A stretch of DNA of 64,000 nucleotides, taken from NCBI RefSeq assembly GCF_009914755.1, contig NC_060947.1. One strand, written 5' to 3'. The notes below the pieces were generated by a model. That model searched no databases. It had not been told where the DNA came from and saw nothing but the letters and a program-made list of their open reading frames with translations. The position numbers and the translations under genes are program-made. Positions within the stretch are counted from its first letter, which is position 1, and the number at the start of each line of letters is the position of its first letter. Positions 28,501 to 42,139 of the stretch are shown piece by piece. This DNA is from the human T2T-CHM13v2.0 reference genome, Homo sapiens.

Positions 28501-29194
28501 AGAGTACCTAAAAACAGGAGGCACTGACTATTTCCCCAGATGAGGATATGGCTGATTTTAGTTCTTTGTTTTGTTAAAGAACTAAGAGAGCACAAGGTTT
28601 GTAAACATTCTCTTTAAAGCAAAATGTAAAGATTTCCAGTGTAAATTATTTCAACAGGTGAATTAGGTCCAAAATATAAAATATGTGGGGTATACAAAAA
28701 AACTTTACTATTGTGTCAGATCCAGTTATTTCTCAGCTCTAGCAGGGCCCATCATGTGTGGACAATGTAACCTATAAGCACACATTCCCTCAGGGAACTG
28801 GAACCATGAGAAAGCTATCCCAAGATATGTTGCATCTTGTTTTGCCTTGTGGGGTTCCCTGCTTCTGACAAAATTTGTATATGACCACTGTGTGGGTGTG
28901 GTCATACGGTGTCTTCTCACCAACTTGCAACCATTCTTAAAACACTGTATAGATTGATGACAAAAAAACTGTTTACTCCTCTGTTACTCTGCCATAAATT
29001 GGGCAATGTGTTTTCTTCTCGGTTTCATTCTCTGAACATGCTTATGAAATGGGTGCAATTTTAAGCCATATTTGATAAATATGGAAACTGGGGCTTTTTA
29101 AGATTATGCATTTTGTCAGAGTGCAGACCCTGCACAGAGCAAGATCTTTCCTTAAAAAAAAAAAAAAAAAAGAAAGAAAATTACTGCTCTACTC

Positions 29195-29362
29195 CAGTAG
29201 TTCTCAAACTTCACTGCAATCAGAATCACCTGTGGATTTTTCAAAACTATAATCATATCCAATCTCCAGAAATTTCAATTAATTTTTGGTGGAGTCAAGG
29301 AACCAGTAATACGTAATTAAAAATTCTTTTCAACTTTTTCTACTGTGCAAATTTGAGAAGCC
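29195..29362. mobile_element. MER5A-like hAT-Charlie MITE
   Basis: cagtagttctcaaactt...atcagaatcacctg...aatttgagaa terminal inverted repeats. Confidence 0.7.
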
Positions 29363-29386
29363 TTTTTCTAAACCATTACACTATAT

Positions 29387-29631
29387 CAGTGTTTTCCAAA
29401 ATTGTTTGACTGAAATCTTCAGTAAAAAACATTTAACATCATCAACCAATATACATATAAATATAAAACTGAAACAAAAGTTTTACAAAACAATGCACTT
29501 ACTACCTGCAAGCATTCTGTTAATTTATCTTCTATTCTATTATATACTATATCTTTTATTTTAATTGCAACCTTCTCAATTGATTTCATAACCCACTGGT
29601 TGGTTACCAAGCACAGTTTGAAAAATCACTG
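29387..29631. mobile_element. hAT-Charlie-type MITE, subfamily not assigned
   Basis: Imperfect TIRs cagtgttttccaaaattgt ... acagtttgaaaaatcactg. Confidence 0.65.
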
Positions 29632-29636
29632 CTCAG

Positions 29637-29952
29637 GGCCAAGTGTGGTGGCTCACGCCTGTAATCCCAGCAATTTGGAAGACAGAGGCAGGTGGCTCAC
29701 TTGAGCCCAGGAGTTCAAGACCAGCCTGGGAAACATGGCAAAACCCTGCCTCTACAAAAAATACAAAAATTAGCCAGGCGTGATGGCACACACCTGTATT
29801 CCCAGCTACCCAGCTACTTAGCAGGCTGATGTGGGAGGACAGCTGAGCCTGGGAGGTCAAAGCTGCAGTGAGATATGATTGCACCACTGAACTCCAGAGT
29901 AGATGACCTTTCCTTAAAAAAGAAAACAAAAGAAAGGCAAATAAAAGACAGG
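29637..29952 (+). mobile_element. AluJ
   Basis: cacttgagcccaggagttcaagaccagcc and gaggtcaaagctgcagtgag. 13-bp TSD aaaatcactgctc (29622-29634 / 29953-29965). Confidence 0.93.
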
Positions 29953-30294
29953 AAAATCACTGCTCTGTACAATGCTTAATAAAAATATGCTCCATTTCCC
30001 TACCCTTTCCTGATATATATTCTATTTTAGCCTCCTCTCCAAATTGGAGACCATTTATTCCTGAGTGCTGAGAGATCATTCCACTGCACTCCCTTCTTGG
30101 CAACACTCCGCTCGCTCTATATCCTCTTTCTACAGCTGAATACCTATGCATGACAACTGTTCTGACATACTTTCTTCAAATATATGATTCTTAAAACAAG
30201 TAGTGCTATGGTTCAAGAAAGATGACCCCTTTTAGGTCCAAGAAAGGGTGACAAGTCCATACATTTTATTCCATTCTGAAGTAGAATGACCAAT

Positions 30295-31758
30295 TGCATT
30301 TGTAGTATTTTATTGCTGTGTAACAAATTACCACAAATTTAGTGGCTTGAAACAACACAGTGTCCATGGATCAGATAGCCAGGAACAGGATGGCTTGGTC
30401 CTCTGCTCAGGGTCTCACCAGGCTGAAATCAAGGTGTTGGCTGGGGCTGTGATCTCATCTGAGGCTCGGGATCCTTTTCTCAGCTCACTGGTTGTTGGCA
30501 GAGTTCAGTTCTTTGTGGCTATTGAAAACTAAAATAAAACCATAAAGCACCCCAAACTGACTGGACCCTCTCTTGACCAAGGGGATCCCAGAGAAACTTT
30601 GGAAGCTGTGTTTCTGGCCATGACAGGAAGGGAGGTCAGACACACCTTATTATATCCCCTCCATTTTGTGGTTTAGACACAAAAACTGACAAGCATTAAT
30701 GTTAAAACAGAAATCATAAGACAAATAGAACAGACTCTTTATAGCAGTAAGATATCAAATTATATACAAGACCTAAGGCCACACCAGGAAGAGGTTAAGT
30801 CACACACCCTGCACTTAAGAATCAGCTGTGTTCTAATTGTTATAAGATTTTCTTAATTTATTTCTCTCGAGCAGCTAAACAATCACTGGCCTTGAGATAA
30901 GCAATGTGTAAGCAGTTGCAGCATACCCACCACCAGTCGCTGACTAACTGAGCCCCCCATTCCACAAGCCATAACTATAACTTTGACTGGACAAGAGACT
31001 GAGTTCTGTAACTTTTCCTGATAAAAGACCACTGGCCATGGATTGGTTCTGGCCAGTTTACAGAGGCTACACACTTGAGTGCTTCTGTGTCCCTACTTCA
31101 CGTTTTTATGTGTAGGTCCAAACTGTAATACATTTAAATCTTAAGTCTCCACCCCAAAATGAACATGGATCACATGTAACATGCATGTTTGCTTATGACA
31201 CATAGGCACGACCCCTTGTCATGAATATTCATAGTTTCTCCTATATACTCTTAAATATGGCCATTCAGCTTAAATGCCTGATTTACTCCTCACTCCCTCA
31301 AAGTGCTTGCCTTTCAGGCTCTACCACAGGCTACATTTCTCAACATGTCAGAATGGCTACCTTGAGGTCTGTAGCCCTTTATAAGAAATAAAGCTCTTCT
31401 TTCTAACTTTATAAATTGTGTAATTTCTAAGCTAATGCTGTAAGACTCATGGTAATTTTTAAGCTAATGCTATAAAACTTAAGTCAGCAGGAGAATCTCT
31501 TTTTAGGAATGGCTTGGTGCCTTTTATAAAGCATCACCCGATTAGGTCACACTCACATAGAATAATTACCTTCGTGATAAGTCTCAATCCACAGATTAGT
31601 AGCCTAATCACAAGAGTGGTACCCCATTCACAATTCCTACCCACATTCAAGGGATGAGAATCATACAGATATACAGAATCATACAGATATAGATATACAG
31701 AATCATACAGATATGTACATCAAAGTTTTAAGGACCATCACAGATGTCAGCCTACCAC
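30295..31758 (-). mobile_element. MLT1 (MaLR) LTR interrupted by a MER4-group LTR
   Basis: attgctgtgtaacaaattaccacaaatttagtggcttgaaacaacac...ggctgaaatcaaggtgttggc, resuming after ~31470 and ending gcctaccaca. Confidence 0.8.
30523..31437 (+). mobile_element. MER4-group (ERV1) solo LTR, ~0.9 kb (MER49/MER4D-like)
   Basis: Starts tgaaaactaaaataaaaccataaagcaccccaaactgactggaccctctcttgaccaagggga; aataaa near the 3' end (31387-31392). Confidence 0.82.
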
Positions 31759-34700
31759 ATCAGCCATCTCAATTTTCTTCAGTATGTTCTGGTTTTACCA
31801 CTGAAAGTTCCACAACCCAAGGGAAAATCCTAGGCAAACTGGTACAGTGGTCCCCTTACCAGTGGAAAGCAAAATCTCTCACCTAGCATCCTTTATGTCA
31901 CACACCTAACGAAAGTCCAATTACAGAAAACCTGAACATAGAGTTTATTCCTATTCTCCTCTGATACAATGCTTGTAAAGATGAGTTAAGTCATGTGCTT
32001 ATAGTCAGAGATGCCTTAGCGTGAGCACCATAGAAACACTTGACCAATAACTTATTTTTCTTCTAGAGCATATCCCATCCACTATACCCAAAAAAAAGTT
32101 CATGAATAAAACTATGATGCAAAGGGAAAAGTACTGCATTTTCAAATTTCCTTCATGTCACATGCTATGTGTGTCTGTTAATAAATACAGTATAATCCCA
32201 ATGGTGTGATATAAAACTCTAAGTGCAGGCACCAATGCTAAAGTTAGCAGTGCTTTCAGAACAAGCCTAATTTAAACATCAAACCTCACTAATTAGCATA
32301 TTTTTCCCTGGCAAATTTTGTTTTACAAACTCCGGCCTAAATCTGAAAATCATGGTAGCTTAATAATCATAGAATTGTAGAATAATAAACACGGTACTGA
32401 GCACAACATTGAATTGCAGTTAAGAAGAAAACCTGAATTATATATGTTATGCAATTTTCTTTCTTCCCATGATTGAAAAATTCTTCTTCTAAACTAAAAA
32501 CTGAAATAAAGACAGTTGCCTGTTTTCTATCAATTTATTTCTACTCAGATTATTTTAAAGCATTTAGAAATGGAAATTCCAAGGGAGAAAAATCAGGAAT
32601 ATCTCTTCCCACAGTCTAATATAAGTTTCCAGCTTCTATAAATATTAGGTCCCTGGAGTTCTTGACATTGAAATGTGATACTTTGTATTACTTTTGTCTA
32701 TTTCAAAGGATAGATCAATGGCTTTTTTTATTATTATTATTTGATTCTAGCTTGAATTTTTCTTTTTCTCTTTCCTCTGCTTGGAACAAATTCAGTTGCA
32801 TAAAAAGACAGTCCTTAGGCACCTACTCATTATAAATCACTTCTCATTCTACTTTACTAACGTTGTACCATCAGTTTAAAAAGGTTCTTCAGAATATTAA
32901 AAGACTTAGAACAATACCTCTGAAAATGGAATTGGGTTTTCTTTGAAATTTCAGATGGTTTTCTTTTTCATATGGATATTTGTTGCCCACATCCCATTCC
33001 ATTTCTTTTCCTAAGGTCTGCTTCAGTGTAGAGGTGATAATCATTCCTTGATTCACTCGAAACATTTCCGATATAATGGGCTTCTACATTGGTTGTTTAC
33101 ATCTGTGTACGAAGAATCTCTTCAGCTTTCTAGTTTGACTAGTAAGCAAACATCAGCAAGACAATACTTCACTGTCTTACTTCCTTGGCATCATAAGGAA
33201 AAAGGCCATTTCAGCATCCGAAACCTGGGAAGTCTTTTATCTCCTTTCCATTTTTATAGGTTTAAGGTGATTTATTTGAAGAAGCACTTAGGAGAAAAGA
33301 GGGCAAGAATTTAATACACATCACAGGATTCTGCACTACATGCCTCACTATATCTTAGTAAAACATATTTTGGCATAATTGGTGGTGCTGGAATCTTTCC
33401 CAGAAGCACAGAATTGCCTACAATGGGGGTAAAACTGAACTGCCTATGCTAAATCTAGACAGTCATTTCAGACTGTTAATTCCACCATATGAAAATGTCT
33501 TTTCAGGCCTTAAAAATGAAAAAAAAAAGCTTCATTCAGAATGTTTAAGTATATCAAAGAGTACTGTTTCATGGCTAGTGCCAATGTTCACTGTTAAACA
33601 TAGGGGCCTCAAAGGAAAAACAGACTGCTTAGAAATAGAATATTCATCAAGTTATAATGGTTGATAATTATATTGCTACATTCCCCAGTTGTTTTCTAAA
33701 GAAGACGGAAAGCAACATTTACATGTTGGCATCATATCACCACCAACTGGCCAAGAGTGTTTACTAGGAATGTTTACTAGGAAGAAAATAATCAACTTCT
33801 AAAAACAAAACAAACAGGAATAGACAAACACAGTATTTGATAAGCTCATGGGGAAGCTAAATACTCCTCAACTTGCTTTTCTTTTTTTAATTGGCAATTG
33901 AGATTGAATTTCAACATCAAATCTGAGAAATACTGGCAGCTGAGATTCTGTCAATTCTGTGAGTCCACCACTTGTCAATCTATATTTTAGCCTTGAAAAA
34001 TGTTCAAGAGTTGGTTCACTAAGTCTGTTTTCTGCTTTATGAACCTGGTCCAAATAAACTATTTTATGCAATTATTTGGTGACAACATTAGCTGAATATT
34101 CAGTATTTTAAAAGGTGATACTGCTTCCTGGTGGTTAAACTTTATTTAGAACAACCAGATATAAAACTGGAAACCTGACTGGATTTATTGTTAACCTAAG
34201 TGCAGTTCTGACAATATTCAGGAGCTTCTAGTACTTATCCAGGAAGAATATATTTCTAGTTCTTATCAAACCCTCAAATTCACCTTCTCAATTGCAGAAC
34301 TCATATTATGACAGAGTACATATCTTGTAGATGTTTGTATGTGGTCAAAGGTGATTGGACTCTATTCAATACATATGTATTTGGAAAACTATAGTCCGTT
34401 CTACAGTGATGATCCTTGTAGCTTTGTTTAGATGATTATGTCAGCTCTTTCCCCTTAATATTTACCTCATCACCAATACAATTATTTGGCTATAGGCAGG
34501 GGAAATGAGGCTTCTGAGTGGCTAACTCTTCAGTATAGATACATTCCTGATAATTATATACACTATTTGACCACATCACTATGTCCCTTTTAACATTATT
34601 ATTTCTCATTCACCACTAAGGAAGCGTGGTATCTAATAGCATTCGAGTTTGGCGCTTTGTCTCAACTCTGGCTGCCACTACTCTTATCTAAACCTCCTTA

Positions 34701-35153
34701 TTTACAATACCACAACAATTTCCAAACTAATTTCCTAGTCTCAAGTCTCTTTGCTCTCAAATCCATTTTCTGCACCATTGCCCAGCTCACCATTTTCAAG
34801 GATCACTTGCAACTTGTAGTCTTATAATTACAAGCTACTGGAAAGGTACCCTGTTGTCTACTGGATCAAATCTAAATTCATCAATTGGCAAAGCAAACAA
34901 CCTATAATCTAACACAACACTCCCTCACACTAGCCACCAATATTGACCTTCAGTTCTGGCCAGGTGACTCCTCTTGTCATCCTATTTCAACTCCCACAAA
35001 AGTCATGACACATTTTTATAATTTAACTATTTTTTAAGCTGCAAAATGAATATTATAATAATAGAAAAATACAACAGAATTCTCACAATTTCATAACAAA
35101 TATTTTTCTTTTGTCTATATAATAATAGCAAATAGTAATAGTGATATATTGTT

Positions 35154-35520
35154 TGCTATGGATTGAATGTTTGTGTCCCCCTAAATTTTATACTGTGAAA
35201 TCATAATGTCCAGTGTGATAGTCTTAGTAAGTGGGGCCTTTGGGAGATAATTAGATCATGAAGTTGAAGCCCTCATTAATGAGATTAGTGCCTTTTAAGA
35301 AGAGGCATGAAAGCTTGCTCTTTGTCTCTGCTCTCTGCCACTTGAGGATACAACAAGATGGCCAGTTGCAAAACAGGAAGCATATCCTCATGAGACACTG
35401 GATCTGCTAATGCCTTAATGCTGTACTTCTCAATCTCCAGTACTATGATAAACAAATTTCTGTTGTTCAAGCCATCTAATTGATGATATTCTGTTATAGA
35501 AGCCTGAACTGATTAAGACA
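35154..35520 (+). mobile_element. MaLR solo LTR (MLT1A/MSTC-D-like)
   Basis: tgctatggattgaatgtttgtgtccccc...ataaacaaatttctgttgttcaagcca...gattaagaca. Confidence 0.85.
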
Positions 35521-35948
35521 GCTCTTATCAGGTTTCATGCCCTATTCTAACGTCTTTAAAAATGTGACCTCTATACACAGCATCTATTTTGATTGGTTGG
35601 TGCCAGTGTCATACTGCTTCTAAATACCTGTATGGTGAATATCATTCTGGGGAGCAGAAGTGGTCAGAGAGGTTTACATCTATGCTGAATTAGAAGCAGG
35701 AGTACTGAATAACATTTCAGGCAGAGGAAGTGACAGGCCAAGGGGCACCAGGGTCCAATAAAACATAGCAAATTTGGGAAATTGCAAGAGTCCCAGTATG
35801 CTTGGGGTGAAGAGAGAGTATGGAACTGAGAAAGAATGCTTGAAAGAAACACTAGAGTCTGATTACTAAGAGCCTTAAAAGTCATGAAAGCAAAGAAGGG
35901 ACTAAAGTTAGGAAATTGCCTGTTCAGACTAGTATTTCGGAAACTACT

Positions 35949-36330
35949 TGATATGATTTGGATTTATGTCTCCGCCCAAATCTCATGTCAAATTGTAATT
36001 TCCAGTGTTGGAGATGGGGCCTGGTGCAGGGTGATTGGATCATGAGGGTGGACTTACCCTTGCTGTTCTCTTGATAACGAGTGAGTTCTCATGAAATCTG
36101 GTTGTTTAAAAGTGTGTAGCACCTCCCTTTCACTCTCTTTCTCCTACTCCCACCATGTAAGACAGGGCTGCTTCCTCTTTGCATTCCACCATAATTGTAA
36201 GCTTCCTGAGGCTTCCGCAGCCATGCTTCCTGTACAACCTGCGGAACTGTGAGTCAGTTAAACCTCTTTTCTTTACAAATTATCCAGTCTCAGGTAGTTC
36301 TTTATAACAATGTGAGAATGGACCAATACA
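35949..36330 (+). mobile_element. MSTA-like MaLR solo LTR
   Basis: tgatatgatttggatttatgtctccgcccaaatctcatg...ggaccaataca; TSD ctact/caact. Confidence 0.9.
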
Positions 36331-36599
36331 CAACTACTGCAGCAATGTGGGAAATAGATTTCAGAGATTAGGTTGCAGGCGTAAATAGTTGTATGGGGAA
36401 ACTCTCTTCTGACTTTGTCACATTTGGCTCACTCAAACTGTATTCTGTGAACAGTTTTAAGCTTTAAACATCTTTCTCAAGCACAAATGGACTACACCAT
36501 TTTTTTTTTTATCTTTTCAGAACTAGCTCGTGTGTGTCCAACAGGAGCATCCATTTCTGTTCTGTCACCTGGTCACCTTTTAGCTTAATGCTTTCTAAG

Positions 36600-37158
36600 G
36601 ACTGGCAATCAAAGTTAAAATAAAATCCAAAGTCCTTCCTTTGGCTTACAAGGGCCAATATGATCTTCTTCTCTGCACATGTCCATGTGTTCATCTCATA
36701 TCACTTTCACACTCACTTACCATACTCCAGTGACACTGGTTTTATTACTATTATTTGAATAAATGAAGTATTTGGCAATAGTTGTTTTCTTCTGCTTGAA
36801 ATGTACCCACACTCTCCCCTTCTCAATCTCCAGTGTTACTCAGCTGGATCCTTTCGTGCTCTTCAGATCTCAGTTTAAATATTACCTTTACAAAAAGGTC
36901 TTCCCTAACTACTAAATCTAAATAACCAAAACACTTACATATCCAAGGTAAAATTCCATGCATAGCACATATTATTCTCTGCCACTTTTCTTGTAATTTG
37001 TTTGTTGATTTCTTAGCAAGTTATTGTCTATATTTCTTCAACACTAAAATGTACATTATGAGAAGACAAGAAACATGTCTATCTCATTCATTGTTGAATT
37101 TCCAAGTATAGGATATAATATATGTTCAATAAATATTTGTTGACGGAATAGATGAACC
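36600..37158 (+). mobile_element. L2 3' end
   Basis: aaaataaaatccaaagtccttcc...tcagatctcagtttaaatattacc...tcaataaatatttgttgacggaatagatgaa. Confidence 0.78.
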
Positions 37159-37782
37159 AAGCGAGCACTAACCATACTGATTCAAGAAAGCTAGAAATCT
37201 GTTTACTATATATCAATAAACAAGTATTAAAAATAATACTTATGGTATTGTTTATGCTGTGTTTTTCTGCATATTAAAACACAACTGATGAACATACATG
37301 GTGTGAACCTCAAAGAATAACACAGTTATTCTGTATTTTGCAAGCCCTTAAGGAAATGTATTCTGTGGAGTTTCTCAGTTTGAGAGAAGTCTAGTATTGT
37401 ACTAATAATATATGAGCAAAAAATATAGTGAAGATGTGGATGCAAAATATAAGAGACCTTGATCCATACTTACCAGAATTTCTTGAATGTACACATGCTG
37501 CTATTCACACTACTTTTATCACACAAACATATCATCTAGGAGGTTCACTGGTGGATATGACTAAATGAATCCATTTCTAGTAACTTTTTGTTATAAAACA
37601 GACCTATTTATTCAGGAGATTATGTTGTTTTGTTGAGGCTTTACATTTACATATACATGTAGTGAAGATAAACCTTTCATGCACTCATTTGTTAAATAAT
37701 AAATTATTGATTACTGCAGACAAAAAAAAACTGACCACCAAGACAGAAGAAAAAGTGCAGTAATAAATCCATACATTTTTCT

Positions 37783-38763
37783 TTTTAAAAAAATTTAATT
37801 TAAGTTCTAGGATACAGAACATGCAGGTTTGTTACATAGGTATACATGTGCCATGGTGATTTGCTGCCCCTATCAACCCGTCATCTAGCTTTTAAGCCCC
37901 TCATGCATTAGGTATTTGTCCAAATGCTCTCCCTCTCCTTGCACTCCAACCCCCAACAGGCCCTGGTGTGTGTTGTTCCCCTCCCTGTGTCCATATGTTC
38001 TCATTGTTTAACTTCCACTTATGAGTGCGAACATGCAGTATTTGGTTTTCTGTTCCTGTGTTATTTTGTTGAGAAGATGGCTTACAGCTTCATCCATGTC
38101 CCAGAAAAGGGCATGAACTCATTCTTTTTTATGACTACATAGTATTCCATGGTGTATTTGTGTCACATTTTCTTTATCCAGGCTATAATTAATGATCATT
38201 TGGGTTGGTTCCAAGTCTTTGCTATTGTATATAGTGCTGCAATAAACATACGTATGCAGGTGTCTTTATAGTAGAATGATTTCTAATCCTTTGGGTATAT
38301 ACCCAGTAGTGAGATTGCTGGGTCAAATGGTATTTCTTGTTCTAGATCCTTGAGAAATCACCACACTTGTCTTCCACAATGGTTGAACTAATTTACATTC
38401 CCACCAACAGTGTAAAAGAGTTCCTATTTCTCCACAGCCTTGCCAGCATCTGTTGCTTGCTGACTTTTTAATAATCAACATTCTGACTTGCGTGAGATGG
38501 TATCTCATTCTGGTCTTGATTTGCGTTTCTCTAATGACCAGTAATGAGGTTTTTTTCATGTGTTTGTTGGCCGCATAAATGTCTTCTTTGAGAAGTGTCT
38601 GTTCATATCCTTACCCCAATTTTTGATGGTGTTGTTTCTTTATTTTTTATAAATTTGTTTAAGTTCCTTGTAGATTCTGGATATTAGACATTTTTCAGAT
38701 GGGTAGATTGCAAAAATTTTCTACCATTCTGTAGGTTGCCTGTTCACACTGATGATAGTTTCT
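37783..38763 (-). mobile_element. L1PA8-like twin-primed insertion, non-inverted 3' arm
   Basis: 3' UTR ttttaagcccctcatgcattaggtatttgtc. TSD ccatacatttttct (37769-37782) / ccatatatttttct (39510-39523). Confidence 0.92.
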
Positions 38764-39509
38764 GACCTCTTCAAGGAGAACTACAAACCACTGGTCAAGG
38801 AAATAAGAGAGGACACACACAAATGGAAAAATAAAAAACTTTCCTGCTCATGGATAGGAAGACTCAGTATCATGAAAATGGCCAGACTGCCCAAAGTAAT
38901 TTATAGATTCAATGCTATTCCCATCAAGCTACCATTGGCTTTATTCATTGAATTAGGAAAAACTACTTTAAATTTCATATGAAACCGAAAAAGAGCCCAT
39001 ATAGCCAAGACAAACCTAAGCAAAAAGAACAAAGCTGGAGGCATCACACTACCTGACTTCAAACTATACTACAAGGCTACAGTAACCAAAACAGCTTGGT
39101 ACTGGTGCCAAAACAGATATATAGACCAATGAAACAGAACAGAGGCCTCAGAAATAACACCACACATCTACAACCATCTGATCTTCAGCAAACCTGATAA
39201 AAACAAGCAGTAGGGAAAGGATTTCCTATTTAACAAATGGTGCTGGGAAAATTGGCTAACCATATGCAGAAAACTGAAACTGGACCCCCTTCCTTACACC
39301 TTATACAAAAATTCACTCAAGATGGATTAAAGACTTAAATGTAAAACCCCAAACCATAAAAACCCTAGAAGAAAACCTAGGAAATACCATTCAGGACATA
39401 GGCATGGGCAAGGACTTCATGACTAAAACACCCAAAGCAATTGGAACAAAAGCCAAAATAGACAAATGGGATCTAATTAAACTAAAGAGCTTCTGCACAG
39501 CAAAATAAA
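38764..39509 (+). mobile_element. Same L1PA8-like element, inverted 5' arm
   Basis: ORF 38752-38982 ([10 protein letters not shown]...). The arm ends at ctgcacagcaaaataaac, adjacent in the consensus to where the 3' arm starts. Confidence 0.92.
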
Positions 39510-39584
39510 CCATATATTTTTCTAAAATGCTATTTATGTCAATCAAATGGAAATATCAGGAAAACTATTTGAGAAGAATTCACG

Positions 39585-40385
39585 AAAGAGAGTATGCACG
39601 TGATTAAGAAATACGTGAAAAGTTGATAAACCTTATTAGTTATCAAGAAAATGCAAATGAAACCACCATGAAATATCCTATAAACCCACCAGAATGACTA
39701 AAATAAAAATACCATATTTTGGCAACGATATAGAGCAACTATAACTCTCTTACCTTGTGGGTGGGAATGTAAATTGGTGCAACAACTTTGGAATACTGTT
39801 AAGTAGTATCTACTAAAGCTGAACATATGCCTATCCCATGACTCAACAATTCCACTTTGACAATTTTGTATATAACCAGCACAAATGCCTACATTTTGTT
39901 CACCAAGAGACATGATTTAGAATGCTTATGTCAGCACCATTTGTAAGATCCTCAAACTGGAAGTTTTCTATTAACAGTATAATGAATAAATATTGGTATA
40001 TTTTACAAAAGAAAATAGTATATAGTAATCATAAAGAAAAACTGCAACTGTATCAAGTAACATAGATAAATCTTACTAACATAATGCTGAGTGAAAATAC
40101 CCAGAAACAAAAAAAAATGCTACTGTATTTTTCAATAATATAATGCAGCAAACAGACAAAACTCATCTATATTAGTAGATATTCTGATAGTGGTTACCCT
40201 TAGGCCATGAGTAATGATGAAAAGGAAGCATAAATTAGTTTCTAGAGTGCTGGTACTCTTTTATGTTTTATCTAGATACTGTTTTACATTATAGTGATAA
40301 GTCAGCGATTATTTATTAGCCCGTATACTTACATTATGTTCATTTTTCTGTATGTATATTTAAAATGTAAACAAAAATTTGAAAA
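39585..40385 (+). mobile_element. L1ME-like 3' region
   Basis: gtatctactaaagctgaacatatgcctatcccatgactcaacaattccact, gatagtggttaccct. Confidence 0.75.
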
Positions 40386-40389
40386 TGTT

Positions 40390-42100
40390 GTTTTGAGCAC
40401 CTCCTATGCTCTAGGATTTTTTTTTTATTGTGGATGCATATACAGATGAACAAGCTGATGTGGTTCCTGCTCTCAGAGAGCTTACTTTTTATTTAGAGAA
40501 AATAGACAAGCAGACAATAAGTATTTACATAATAAAATAATAAAATATCAGTGTTATAATAAACATGACAAATATGTTGCCTAACTACACTGAGTTTACT
40601 GTTCACTAGAAAAACTAGACCATTAAACTGCTAATTTCAACAAAATGTGATAAAGTTATACACTCTAAAATAAAGTGCACTATGCTAGTCTGGAGACTGC
40701 AGAAAAGAAGAAGAATATGAGTTGAGATCTGAAGCACGAGGTAGTAGTTAGAGAATGGGGAAGGATATGTATGTTTCTAAATAAATTTAATTCCCTGAAA
40801 CTCTGAAGCTAAGTTTAAAGAGAATCACTGAAACTTGAAGACCAAGGGGAAAATACAGCAGAATGGGGTACAGTGGTCATCAAGAACCCTATTATTAGGC
40901 CGTGTGGACCTAGTTCACAAACTTGGATTTTATTCTAAGTGCAATGCAAAGCCAAATTTTAAGGACAGGGGTCACAAAATATGATTTACAGTCTTAAAAA
41001 ATCATTCTGGCTGCAAGGTTAAAAGAATACGTAGCTAGATATCGGTTAAACTATTGTAGTTCACCAGGATAGATGATAAGTTGGGACAAAATGATAGCAA
41101 TTGGACTGGAAAAATGGTTACCAGAGGCTAGAATTGATAGTGGGAAACTTGGGGGAGGTGGGGATGGTTAATAGATACAACAAGTAGTTGGAAAAAATGA
41201 ATACGATCTACTGCTTGATAGCACAACAAGGTGACTATAGTCAATAATAACTTATATGTACATTTTTAAATGACTAAAAGAGTCTAATTGGATTGTTTGT
41301 AACACAAGGATAAATGACTGAAGGGATAGAAACCCCATTCTCCATGATGTATTTCACATTGCATGTCTTCATAAAAAAATCTCATATACTCCATAAATAT
41401 ATATATATACTATGTACCCACAAAGATTAAATATTTAAAAATAAAAAATAAGTAGACTAATATGGGATATATTTTGAAGTTAAAGTGAACTGACTTAGTT
41501 CCCATGTTAAAAAGTGGTGAGGGACTCAATCGTCTTTGATTGACACTTGTTTGGTACTTAAATAGCTGGATAGTGCCCATTATGTAATTCTTACCTATAT
41601 ATAACTGGCTCACTCTCTTACTTCATTTAGGTATCTATTCATAAATCACCTAATCAGAGAGCCTTTTCCTGACTTCTCTATCTATAATATTAGCAATTTC
41701 CATCACTCTTTCTCTCCTTACCCTTTTTATTTTCCTTCTTACCATTTATAACCTGACATTTTGTTTTTTATTTGTTGACACTTTCATCAGTAGCAGACAT
41801 ACTCCATAAAATCATGAACATTGTCAGTTTTGTTCATTGTTATAGCCGTCATCTAAAATGATATCTGGCATAATATATGTACAATAAAGTTTTGCTGAGT
41901 GGATACATTTTTCTGAATATATAGAATACTAATGAGGGTAAAAGTTAGAAGAAAATCAAAGTTTTCATTATTTGAAGTTTGAGCTATTACACATTTCAGT
42001 AGAGATCATGAGTAGGCAGTGGATCTACAGGTATGAAGGTCAGGAAGAGGTCAGGAATAGAGATATAAATTTATCAGAATATCTATGGCTTCTAAAATGG
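40390..42100. mobile_element. L2 fragments, mostly minus strand, with a plus-strand L2 piece at ~41590-41910
   Basis: ttgagcacctcctatgctctagg, ttggattttattctaagtgcaatg and gagtaggcagtggatctacagg motifs. Confidence 0.65.
41112..41450 (+). mobile_element. L1MA (L1MA2/3-like) 3' terminal fragment inserted in L2
   Basis: atggttaccagaggct...gatagcacaacaaggtgactatagtcaataataact...tactatgtacccacaaagattaaa. Confidence 0.85.
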
Positions 42101-42139
42101 TTGAACATCATAATGCCATGGTGCTAGTTTGAGGCCTTG

